Origin: an uncultured Acidobacteriota bacterium
GTDB lineage: Bacteria; Acidobacteriota; JAQAZP01
Assembly: GCA_963836075.1 (NCBI GenBank)
Contig: CAWIIB010000009.1
Location: 1,344,001 to 1,408,000, forward strand
Direction: 5' to 3'
DNA: 64,000 bases
How positions within the stretch are numbered: position 1 is the stretch's first letter; each line of letters begins with the position of its first letter. Position numbers and translations under genes: made by a program. Below, one piece after another: positions 20,019 to 28,567 of this stretch. The notes under the pieces were generated by a model. That model was given only the letters and a program-made list of their open reading frames with translations, searched no databases and had not been told where the DNA came from.

Positions 20019-21791
20019 GTGCCGGACAACGAAACAACCAGCAAAGCGATGAAGGACGGCAGCAGCGCCGGCGGCGGCTCCGGCCGTCGGCCCCGCCGCC
20101 GGGCCCGGGCGTCCCTCTTTGCCCACGGAGAGCCGATGGTCTGGCTCACCGGGGGCGGACTGGTGCTGGCCCTGGTGATGATCGCCGGCCTGCTCTCCTA
20201 CATCTTCCTGCAGGGGATCACAACCCTCTGGCCGGTGCCGCTGGTCAAGGTGGAGATGCGCGACGGTAGGGTGCACATGGGGGAGGTGACCCGGGAAGAG
20301 CTGTACCTGCCGGCGGAGACCGAGTTGGCGGGTTTGGACGGGGAAGCGGCCGCCGCCGCGGGCAACGAGATGAATCGCGGTGCTGGACAGTTGCGGCGCC
20401 GTCTCTTCCGCACCGGCAACTTCGACCTCAGCGGTGAGCACTTCAACTGGATCAACGACTACCAGGTGGCAGACGAGACGGAGCCGCAGTGGGGGCTGGT
20501 GGTGGAGCGGCTCTCCTGGGGCCGTTTTTACGGTTTCCCCACAGCCTTCGAGATCGACGGCGAGCGGCTGGCCGAAACGCCGGAAACGGTCTGGGCCAAA
20601 TTCCAGGAATATCACCACGAAGTTCGTCAGCGCTGGGACGCACGCCGCAAGCTGGAAACCCACGCCATCGGCAAGGTGAACCGCGAGCTGGAGGAAGCTC
20701 GTCTGGCCCTGCGTGAGGTGGAGATGAAGTCGGGGCTGGAATCGGAGGCCTGGCAGCGGCAGGAGGACATCTTCAGCCGGTCCGAGGAAGAGATCGGCTT
20801 ACGGTACCAGGAGATCCGTGAGAAGATCCAGCAATTGGACGCGGAGAATGCCCGCTACCGCATGGTGCTGGTTACCGCCGCCGGCAAGGAGAAGGCTCTG
20901 GCCCTGGACGAGATCGTTCGGGCCTACCCGGCCAACAGCCTTGGTATCCTTGCCCGGCTGGGGGTCTACTTCTCCCGGTGGGCCGAGTTCCTCCTCGACG
21001 ACCCGCGGGAGGCGAACAGCGAGGGTGGGATCTTCCCCGCCATCTTCGGCACCATCGTGATGACCCTGCTGATGTCGATGGCCGTGGTCCCCTTCGGCGT
21101 GATGGCGGCGCTCTACATCCGGGAATACGCCAAGGGCGGGCCGCTGATCAGCGCGGTCCGCATCTCGATCAACAATCTGGCCGGCGTGCCGAGTATCGTC
21201 TTCGGTGTTTTCGGCCTCGGTTTCTTCTGTTACCTCACCGGCGCCGGCATCGACGAACTCTTCTTCGCCGCCAAATTGCCCAATCCGACTTACGGCAAGG
21301 GCGGAGTGCTCTGGGCGGCGCTGACCCTGGCCTTGCTCACCCTGCCGGTGGTGATCGTGGCCACCGAGGAGGCGCTGGCCGCGGTGCCCAACTCCATGCG
21401 CGAAGGATCGTACGCCTGCGGCGGCAGCAAGTGGCAGACCATCCGCCGCATCGTCATGCCCCGGGCCCTGCCCGGCATCATGACCGGCATGATCCTGGCC
21501 ATGGCCCGCGGGGCCGGCGAGGTGGCGCCCCTGATGCTGGTGGGTGCGGTGAAGATCGCGCCGGAATTGCCGCTGGACGGCATTTTCCCGTATATCCACC
21601 CCGAACGGAGTTTCATGCACCTGGGGTTTCACATCTACGACCTGGGATTTCAAAGCCAGAACAGCGAGGCGGCCAAACCGATGGTCTTCACCACCACGCT
21701 GCTCCTGATCGCACTGATATTCATTTTGAACGCCCTGGCGGTGCGCTTGCGGACGCGCTTGCGGAAAAAATTCGTCTCCGCCGCCTTTTAA
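20019..21791 (+). CDS. pstA: Phosphate ABC transporter permease PstA, long form with coiled-coil insertion
   Basis: PREANSEGGIFPAIFGT, NLAGVPSIVFG, ARGAGEVAPL. Confidence 0.92.
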   Translation: MPDNETTSKAMKDGSSAGGGSGRRPRRRARASLFAHGEPMVWLTGGGLVLALVMIAGLLSYIFLQGITTLWPVPLVKVEMRDGRVHMGEVTREELYLPAETELAGLDGEAAAAAGNEMNRGAGQLRRRLFRTGNFDLSGEHFNWINDYQVADETEPQWGLVVERLSWGRFYGFPTAFEIDGERLAETPETVWAKFQEYHHEVRQRWDARRKLETHAIGKVNRELEEARLALREVEMKSGLESEAWQRQEDIFSRSEEEIGLRYQEIREKIQQLDAENARYRMVLVTAAGKEKALALDEIVRAYPANSLGILARLGVYFSRWAEFLLDDPREANSEGGIFPAIFGTIVMTLLMSMAVVPFGVMAALYIREYAKGGPLISAVRISINNLAGVPSIVFGVFGLGFFCYLTGAGIDELFFAAKLPNPTYGKGGVLWAALTLALLTLPVVIVATEEALAAVPNSMREGSYACGGSKWQTIRRIVMPRALPGIMTGMILAMARGAGEVAPLMLVGAVKIAPELPLDGIFPYIHPERSFMHLGFHIYDLGFQSQNSEAAKPMVFTTTLLLIALIFILNALAVRLRTRLRKKFVSAAF

Positions 21792-22685
21792 TTGAGCAGA
21801 GGACTGGAAAGACATGATGATCGCCAGCACCATGGAAAAACACAGTGCGAGCCCCAGGCCGAGAACCGTCTGGCCGCCATCGCCGCCGGGCAGACCTTTC
21901 CCACCGAGACCCACGGGGAGGTGGAGAAGGAGGAGATCGTCCTTGACGTCCGCAACTTCAACCTGCACTACGGGGCGAAGCAGGCGCTGTTCGACATCAA
22001 CATGAAGATCGCCAAGGGCAAGGTCACCGCGCTGGTGGGCCCCTCGGGGTGCGGCAAGTCAACCCTGCTGCGGTCGGTGAACCGGATCAACGACCTGCTG
22101 GATATCGTGCGGATCAAGGGTGACATGCGGCTCAACGGCGAATCGATCTACGATCCGGGGGTCGACGTGATCGAACTGCGCAAGCGGATGGGTATGGTCT
22201 TCCAGAAGCCGAACCCGTTCCCCATGAGCATCTACGAGAACGTGGTCTACCCGCTGCGTATCGACGGTGAGCGGAACAAGTCGGTGCTGGACCAGGTCTG
22301 CGAGCAGAGCCTGCGGGGCGCGGCGATCTGGGACGAGTGCAAGGACCGGCTGCAGGAGAGCGCCCTGGGCATGTCCGGCGGCCAGCAGCAGCGGCTCTGC
22401 ATCGCCCGGGCCATCGCTGCCGAGCCGGAGGTGCTGCTGATGGACGAGCCCTGCTCGGCCCTCGACCCCATCGCCACCAACAAGATCGAGGCGCTGATCG
22501 ACGAGCTGCGCGGCGACTACTCGATCCTCATCGTGACCCACAACATGCAGCAGGCGGCGCGCACCAGCGACTACACCGCCTTCATGTATCTCGGCCGGCT
22601 TATAGAATACGGCCCCACCGCCACCATCTTCCAGAATCCCCACCTTCGCGAGACCCTGGACTATGTGACCGGCCGTTTCGGCTAG
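21792..22685 (+). CDS. pstB: Phosphate ABC transporter ATP-binding protein (start uncertain; possibly ATG 21814 with a missing A at 21836-21840)
   Basis: [45 protein letters not shown]. Confidence 0.95.
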   Translation: MSRGLERHDDRQHHGKTQCEPQAENRLAAIAAGQTFPTETHGEVEKEEIVLDVRNFNLHYGAKQALFDINMKIAKGKVTALVGPSGCGKSTLLRSVNRINDLLDIVRIKGDMRLNGESIYDPGVDVIELRKRMGMVFQKPNPFPMSIYENVVYPLRIDGERNKSVLDQVCEQSLRGAAIWDECKDRLQESALGMSGGQQQRLCIARAIAAEPEVLLMDEPCSALDPIATNKIEALIDELRGDYSILIVTHNMQQAARTSDYTAFMYLGRLIEYGPTATIFQNPHLRETLDYVTGRFG

Positions 22686-23360
22686 TTGTTGTTGGGTTGG
22701 ATCTCGATGTTGTGGCGGACGATCACGCCCTGGCAGGAGTAGATCACGTCCTCGGCGATGTTGGTGGAGAGGTCGGCGATGCGCTCGAGGTGGCGGGCCA
22801 CCAGCATCAGGCTGAGCATCGGCTCCAGCTTCTCGTGGTTTTCCCGGATGACTGTCCTGGTCTGCCGGGCGGCCTTGTGGTTGTATCTCGTCCACCACCT
22901 CGTCGGCGTCGCAGACGTCCCGCGCCAACTTCGGATCCATCCGGACCAGCGAGTCGAGGCTGTTGCGCAGCATCTCCATCGATTTCTCGGCCATCATCGC
23001 CAGTTCATAGGGGATCTCTGTCGGTTCGTTCGATGCCAGCTCGATGGCCCGCTCGGCGATGTTCACCGCCAGATCGGCGATACGCTCGAGGTCGTTGTTG
23101 ATCTTGAGCACCGCCACCACCTCGCGGAGGTCGGTGGCCACCGGCTGGTAGAGGGCGAAGACCTTGAGACACTCCTCCTCGATCTCCACTTCGATGCGGT
23201 CCACTTCCGGGTCACCGTCGATCACCTCCCGGGCCAAGTCCGGGTCGCGGTCGGTCACCGCCTTCACCGAGCGGCGCACCGCTTCTTCGACGATGGCGCT
23301 GAGCGAGAGAATCGATTTCTTCAACTTATTGGTCTGTGCTTCCAGATGTACACTCATCAT
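22682..23360 (-). CDS. phoU: Phosphate signalling protein PhoU, frameshifted near 22887
   Basis: [22 protein letters not shown]; second repeat [18 protein letters not shown] is in the shifted frame and ends at TAG 22682-22684. Confidence 0.9.
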
Positions 23361-23376
23361 TCTCTCGTCCTCATTT

Positions 23377-25152
23377 TCAGTCCAGCGGGAGGTGCAGCGT
23401 GAAGGTACTGCCGCGTCCCGGCTCGCTTTCCACGGTCACTGAACCCTGGTGAACCTGCATGATGTGCTTGACGATGGCCAGCCCGAGGCCGGTGCCGCCA
23501 AGCTGCCTGCTGCGTGCTCTGTCCACGCGGTAGAATCGTTCGAAAACCCGTGGCAGATGTTCATTTTCGATCCCGGGCCCCTGGTCCTGCACGCTGAGCA
23601 CCAGCTCCGAAGCCGTCTCTCCGGCCATGATGCCCACGCTCGCCCCGGAGTCGCTGTACTTTATCGCGTTGTCGATGAGATTGACCAGCGCCTGGACCAT
23701 CAGCGAGTGGTTGACCGTGCCTTCCAGGTCGGAGGGGCAGGAGGCATCGAGGGTTACCCCGCCCTCGGCGGCCCGTTCACGGCAGGCGGTCACCGCTGCA
23801 TCCACAATTCCGTGGAGCGGCGTCGGCTCGAAGGCCACCTTCTCCGCGTCTCCGTTCTGCTCGATCCTGGACAGGGCCAGCAGGTCCTCGATCAAGGTGT
23901 TGAGCCGTTCGGAGTGGGTGCGGATGATCTTGAGGAAGCGCAGCCGTTTGTCGGCGTCCTCGGGATTCTCGTCGATCAGGGTCTCCACAAAACCCTTGAT
24001 CGAGGTGATCGGCGTCTTCAACTCGTGGGAGACGTTGGCCACGAATTCCCGCCGCACATTTTCCAGCCTTCTCAGGCTGGTCACGTCGTGCAGCACCACC
24101 AGTGCGCCGATCCGCTCCCCGGCGGAGTCCCGCAGCTGGGTGCCGTGAGCCTGGAGGGTCCGTTCGCCGTCGCGGTGCAGCACGATCTCCGTCTCGCAGG
24201 CCTCATCGCTGGCCAGGGTCCGGGTGACGAAGTCGTGCAGCTCGCGGTTGCGCACCGCCTCGGGCAGGCTCATCCCCTCGGCCTCGCCCGCGCCGTGGCC
24301 GATAATCGTTCCGCAGGCCTGGTTGATGCCGATGATCTTCAGTTCGGGGTCCACGGCCATTACCCCTTCCACCATGCTGGCCAGCACGGCCTGCAGCTCG
24401 TTGCGCTGCCGCACCACGGTCTGGATTCTCGTGTCCAGCTCACCGGCCATACGGTTCATGGTCTCGGCCAGCTCCCCGATCTCGGCCGAATCGGGCACCG
24501 GCAGCCGCCGGGAGAAATCGCCGTCGGCAAACCGTTCCGTGCCCTGCTTCAGCTCCTCCAGCGGCCTGACGATCTTGCGCGAGAAGTAGACCGCCAGCAG
24601 CACCGCCAACAGGACGATCAGCAGCCCGCCAAGGAAGAAGTCGGCGTAAAGGGACTTCAACGTCTGGGCGATTGAGTTCACCGGCAGCGAAGAACGAAGG
24701 GTGCAGGCGATGCGGCCGTCCAGTTCCACCGGCACGGCGACATACATCATCTCCTTGCGGGTGGTGGAACTGTAGCGCGTGGATGTGCCGACGTTCCCCT
24801 TCATCGCCTCGACGATCTCCGGCCGGTCGGCGTGGTTCTCCATGCTCTTCGGGTCGCGTCCCGAATCACTGAGCACGGTGCCGTCCGGCATGATCACCGT
24901 GATCCGGGTCTTGATGCGCTCCCCCAGCTTCTTGACCCGCCGGTCCACTTCGTCATCCCGGCCCCCTGCCACCAGGCCGCCCACCTGCTCTCCGGCCACG
25001 GCCGAAATCGCTTCCAGGTCCCAGCGAGTCTGCTTGATGTGGAAATTCCGCAGCAGGATGGCGGCGTAGACACTGAAGCTGATCAGTGAGACCAGGGCCA
25101 GGACAAAGAACAGCGGCGCGATCTGGCGGATCAGTTTTTTGCGCGATTTCAT
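23377..25152 (-). CDS. phoR: Phosphate regulon sensor kinase (HAMP-PAS-HisKA-HATPase)
   Basis: ENHADRPEI, EFVANVSHELKTP, NLIDNAIKY, FERFYRVDRARSRQLGGTGLGL. Confidence 0.92.
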   Translation of the reverse strand: MKSRKKLIRQIAPLFFVLALVSLISFSVYAAILLRNFHIKQTRWDLEAISAVAGEQVGGLVAGGRDDEVDRRVKKLGERIKTRITVIMPDGTVLSDSGRDPKSMENHADRPEIVEAMKGNVGTSTRYSSTTRKEMMYVAVPVELDGRIACTLRSSLPVNSIAQTLKSLYADFFLGGLLIVLLAVLLAVYFSRKIVRPLEELKQGTERFADGDFSRRLPVPDSAEIGELAETMNRMAGELDTRIQTVVRQRNELQAVLASMVEGVMAVDPELKIIGINQACGTIIGHGAGEAEGMSLPEAVRNRELHDFVTRTLASDEACETEIVLHRDGERTLQAHGTQLRDSAGERIGALVVLHDVTSLRRLENVRREFVANVSHELKTPITSIKGFVETLIDENPEDADKRLRFLKIIRTHSERLNTLIEDLLALSRIEQNGDAEKVAFEPTPLHGIVDAAVTACRERAAEGGVTLDASCPSDLEGTVNHSLMVQALVNLIDNAIKYSDSGASVGIMAGETASELVLSVQDQGPGIENEHLPRVFERFYRVDRARSRQLGGTGLGLAIVKHIMQVHQGSVTVESEPGRGSTFTLHLPLD

Positions 25153-25841
25153 GAACGTTCCCTGAAGCGGTAGCCCACGCCCCGCACGGTTTCGATGTAT
25201 TGCCCGGCGTCACCGAGCTTCTTGCGCAGCCACATCACCTGCACGTCGATGGAGCGGTCGGTCACCGGGTAGTCGTCACCGTGGACGGCGTCGATGATCT
25301 GGTCCCGGGTGAAGACCCAGCCGGGCCGCCCGGCGAGAAAGTGGAGGATGCGGAACTCGGTGGAGGTGAGGTCCACCGGCTCGCTGGCCACCAGCACCTC
25401 GTGGCGCCCGGGGTGGATCAGCACCTCGTGCACTTTCACCGCCTCTTCGGTGTCCGGCGCCTGCCGTGACCGGCGCCGCAGCACCGAGCGCACCCGGGCG
25501 ATGAGCACCCGCGGGCTGAACGGCTTGGTGACGTAGTCGTCGGCCCCCAGTTCCAGGCCGGTGACGATGTCGCTCTCCTCGCTCTTGGCGGTGAGCATCA
25601 CGATGGGGATGTGGGCCGTCTTGTGGTTGCCTTTCAGCAGCCGGCAGACTTCCAGGCCGTCCACACCGGGCAACATCAGGTCGAGGAGGATCAGGTCCGG
25701 CTGTTGCTTACCGGCGGCGCGCAGGCCTTCCTCCCCGGCGCTGGCGCCGGTGACCTGGTAGCCCTCTTTCTCCAGGTTGAAGGTCAGCAGTTCGAGGATG
25801 TCCTCCTCGTCCTCCACCACGAGAATTTTTTCATGCGCCAT
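25149..25841 (-). CDS. phoB: Phosphate regulon response regulator (OmpR family)
   Basis: VEDE, LDLMLP, GADDYVTKPF, IETVRGVGY; coupled to phoR. Confidence 0.9.
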   Translation of the reverse strand: MAHEKILVVEDEEDILELLTFNLEKEGYQVTGASAGEEGLRAAGKQQPDLILLDLMLPGVDGLEVCRLLKGNHKTAHIPIVMLTAKSEESDIVTGLELGADDYVTKPFSPRVLIARVRSVLRRRSRQAPDTEEAVKVHEVLIHPGRHEVLVASEPVDLTSTEFRILHFLAGRPGWVFTRDQIIDAVHGDDYPVTDRSIDVQVMWLRKKLGDAGQYIETVRGVGYRFRERS

Positions 25842-25917
25842 CTTCTTCCTCTCGAGCCAAACAGCCAGGGGCCGCAGGCTGATCCGACGGATTGACCCGG
25901 ACATCCTACTGGCCGAA

Positions 25918-25967
25918 TGTTAATGTACCGTGAATCAGCGATCAAATCCGTATGACATGGGTATGAA
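25918..25967 (-). promoter_or_regulatory. Array of Pho-box-like half sites upstream of phoB
   Basis: Minus-strand TTCATA, GTCATA, TTGATC, TTCACG, TTAACA at exact 11-bp spacing (plus starts 25962, 25951, 25940, 25929, 25918). Confidence 0.7.
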
Positions 25968-26027
25968 CTGCGTAAGGGATCGTCAGGGAGTCTCCCCCGG
26001 TCACCATTTCATTGGTGTTTCTCTGGA

Positions 26028-27263
26028 TCAGTAGTCGATCTGGATGCGCAGGGTGGCGATCAGGGTGCGGCCCGTGTCGGCGAGGCAGGCGTGAATGCCG
26101 TCCAGCATCAGCCGGCAGTGCGGGCTGAGATGCCAGTTGAGGCCCACGGTGACGTCACGCAGCCGGCCGCCGTGCACGTCGCCCCCGTCGAGATCCAGGG
26201 CCGAATACCGTGCGGCCAGTTCCAATGCCCCCGGGCCCTCTCCCCTCCAGACATTGCTCTTCAGCCTTGTCTGGACGAATTTGCCCTGTGCCGGATCGTA
26301 GGTCCGGTGTTCGCCGGTGATGAACCAGCTGACCTGGACGTAGCCGCCGTGGAACACCGGGTCGCCGGCCGCCGTGCTGTCCACGGCCGATCGGACGTAC
26401 TCTCCCTGCAGCGACAGTGGCCCCAGCACCAGCGCCGACTCGAAGTTGGTGATCAGGGCGCCCCGGGATTCGAACCGCCCCGTGTCGAGATAGACCGGAG
26501 TCTGGGCGGATTCGGGCACGGCGATGACCCGCAGGTAGTCCAGGTCCCGGACGCTGCAGGCCAGGCCGAGGTGCAGCAGGCGGTCCTCCGCCGGCCGCCA
26601 GGGCAGGGCGGTGAGGCGGCCGGAAACGGTGATTCCCGACCCCTTGCCGCGGTTGTAACCGTCCACGTCGCGATAGATACCGGCGGCCCAGGTCATCCGC
26701 TGGCCCGGCAAATCGGCCAGGTTGACGATCCCCCGGTTGCGCAGCGGCAGCAGGAAGAAGGCCAGCGAGCGTTCGGTGAATGGCACGTGGTTGGTGCTGG
26801 CCTGCTGTTCGAGGCCCATCGGTTCCTTGACGTTGCCCAGGCGCAGGGTCCCCACCACCGGCAGGGCCCGGATCCCGATATAGAGATCTCGGAAATTGCG
26901 GAAGTCCTCGACAATGTTGACGAACTCGTAGTCGGCCTTGAAGATCAGCCGGTTGGCAAACGAACCGGAGAGGCAGAGCCGGGCGCGGCGGAAATCCAAC
27001 TGGTCTTCCAGCGGCTGGCCCTCGTTCACCGCGTCGCGGACCGACTGGTCCTCGTTGAACCAGCCGGCGTCAACAAGCAGCCGGCCGCCGAGACGCAGCT
27101 TGAGGCGGCCGCTTTGCGAGCGCCAGCTGATGCCCTCCTCCCACCCGGCATCAAGGCCGCCCGGGTTCGAGGTGCCGCACTCCGCCGGTGTCGCCGTCGC
27201 AAAACCGCACAGCAGGGCCAGGAACAAAATCGATACTGAGAAAAGGGAATGCCGGGCTCTCAC
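26028..27263 (-). CDS. Phosphate-selective porin OprO/OprP family
   Basis: Signal peptide, FRRARL, KEPMGLE, FTERS, GYVQVSWFITGE, ELAARYS, VGLNW; beside the pho genes. Confidence 0.88.
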   Translation of the reverse strand: MRARHSLFSVSILFLALLCGFATATPAECGTSNPGGLDAGWEEGISWRSQSGRLKLRLGGRLLVDAGWFNEDQSVRDAVNEGQPLEDQLDFRRARLCLSGSFANRLIFKADYEFVNIVEDFRNFRDLYIGIRALPVVGTLRLGNVKEPMGLEQQASTNHVPFTERSLAFFLLPLRNRGIVNLADLPGQRMTWAAGIYRDVDGYNRGKGSGITVSGRLTALPWRPAEDRLLHLGLACSVRDLDYLRVIAVPESAQTPVYLDTGRFESRGALITNFESALVLGPLSLQGEYVRSAVDSTAAGDPVFHGGYVQVSWFITGEHRTYDPAQGKFVQTRLKSNVWRGEGPGALELAARYSALDLDGGDVHGGRLRDVTVGLNWHLSPHCRLMLDGIHACLADTGRTLIATLRIQIDY

Positions 27264-27410
27264 GGTGGCGCTCCTCCACCTGGAATCACAATCTGGCCCG
27301 GGACTATATCACCACGTCCCTTCCGGTAAAACAGGCAATACATCTACCAGGTAGATAGTCAATGCAGTGGCGGGGGGGAGAATTGCAGCAGTAGTGACCA
27401 TCCACCGTAC

Positions 27411-27436
27411 AAAAAAATCGGGAGTGTGTGCTCCCG
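27411..27436 (-). terminator. Intrinsic terminator downstream of murB
   Basis: Minus strand CGGGAG-CACACA-CTCCCG followed by ATTTTTTT. Confidence 0.65.
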
Positions 27437-27612
27437 GGGTCAGGTCCACTGAACGTGAACCCTGTCCGCGCCAGCCACCGGTGCCTCGAATGGGGACCGG
27501 TGCGTTTCACGAACTGTATCTGATCGGGGCTTGGCCACCCCGGAGGCGCTTGCGCCTCGTTAATTCGAGAGGATTATCGGCGAAGAGTGTGAGCGTTTGA
27601 TGAGGGACGGGT
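27411..27612. ncRNA. Candidate structured non-coding RNA, family unassigned
   Basis: Nested complementary segments 27439-45/27518-24, 27454-59/27506-11, 27476-82/27496-502, plus hairpin 27543-27558; no credible ORF. Confidence 0.4.
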
Positions 27613-27640
27613 AAAAGTTCGGTAAGCCGGATCAGACGGA

Positions 27641-28567
27641 TCAGCTTTCCCCGGGAAAGCCGATGAACAGCACCTCGGTCTCCAGGAAGACGCCGAACTG
27701 CTCCAGGACCCGCTGACGCACCCGCTCTTTCAGCCGGTGGATGTCGGCGGCCGTGGCCGAGCCGCGGTTGAGGATGAAGTTGGCGTGTTTCACCGAAACC
27801 TCGGCGCCGCCTTCGCGCATCCCCTTGCAGCCGGCGGCCTCCACCAGCCGTCCGGCGTAGTCCCCGGGCGGCCTTTTGAAAATGCTGCCCGCCGAGGGGT
27901 AGTCCAGTGGTTGCCGGGCCTCGCGGCGGGCGATGATATCCTCTCGCACCACTTTCAGTTCGGTACCATCTCCCGGCTCGAGGTCCAGGTCGCAGCCGAG
28001 GAGAACCAGATCCTGCAGACCATCGGCCTGGCGGTAGTCGAAGCCCGCCCTGTCCCGGGGCACCTCAACCGCCTCGCCCTCCCGGGTCAGCCCGCGCACC
28101 GTGACGACCCGGTCGCCGATCTCGGTGCCGAAGGCCCCGGCGTTCATCACCAGCGCACCTCCCACCGTGCCGGGAATTCCGGAGAGTTGCTCCAGCCCGG
28201 CCAGCGAATGCTCTTCACAAAAGAGGACCAGGCGTTCCAGGCTGCGGCCGGCCCCCACCCGTACCCGTCCACCGTCCGCCTCCAGCCGGCGGCAGCCGGC
28301 TTCGAGGTTGATCACCAGCCCGCGGAACCCTTCGTCGGCCACCACCATGTTGGTCCCCCGGCCGAGGATCAGGACCGCTATTTCCTCTCGGGCGGCCCGC
28401 TGCAGCAGCAGTTGTACGGCATCGCTGTCCGGGGGGGCGCAATAGGCGTCGGCCGGGCCGCCCACGCCATAGGACGTGTGGACGGCCAGCGATTCCCCGG
28501 CACGGAGAAGTTCCTCGCAGCCGTGGAAGATCCGCTGGATCACCGCCGCTGGCACGGTTCCGGTCAT
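27641..28567 (-). CDS. murB: UDP-N-acetylenolpyruvoylglucosamine reductase
   Basis: GGPAD, LGRGTN, GIPGTVGGALVMNAGAFG, QPLDYPSAGSIFK, HANFILN. Confidence 0.95.
   Translation of the reverse strand: MTGTVPAAVIQRIFHGCEELLRAGESLAVHTSYGVGGPADAYCAPPDSDAVQLLLQRAAREEIAVLILGRGTNMVVADEGFRGLVINLEAGCRRLEADGGRVRVGAGRSLERLVLFCEEHSLAGLEQLSGIPGTVGGALVMNAGAFGTEIGDRVVTVRGLTREGEAVEVPRDRAGFDYRQADGLQDLVLLGCDLDLEPGDGTELKVVREDIIARREARQPLDYPSAGSIFKRPPGDYAGRLVEAAGCKGMREGGAEVSVKHANFILNRGSATAADIHRLKERVRQRVLEQFGVFLETEVLFIGFPGES

Noticed and set aside
22059-22681. Apparent 433-aa PhoU with a long C-terminal extension
   Set aside because: Artefact of the frameshift near 22887; the extension is antisense pstB
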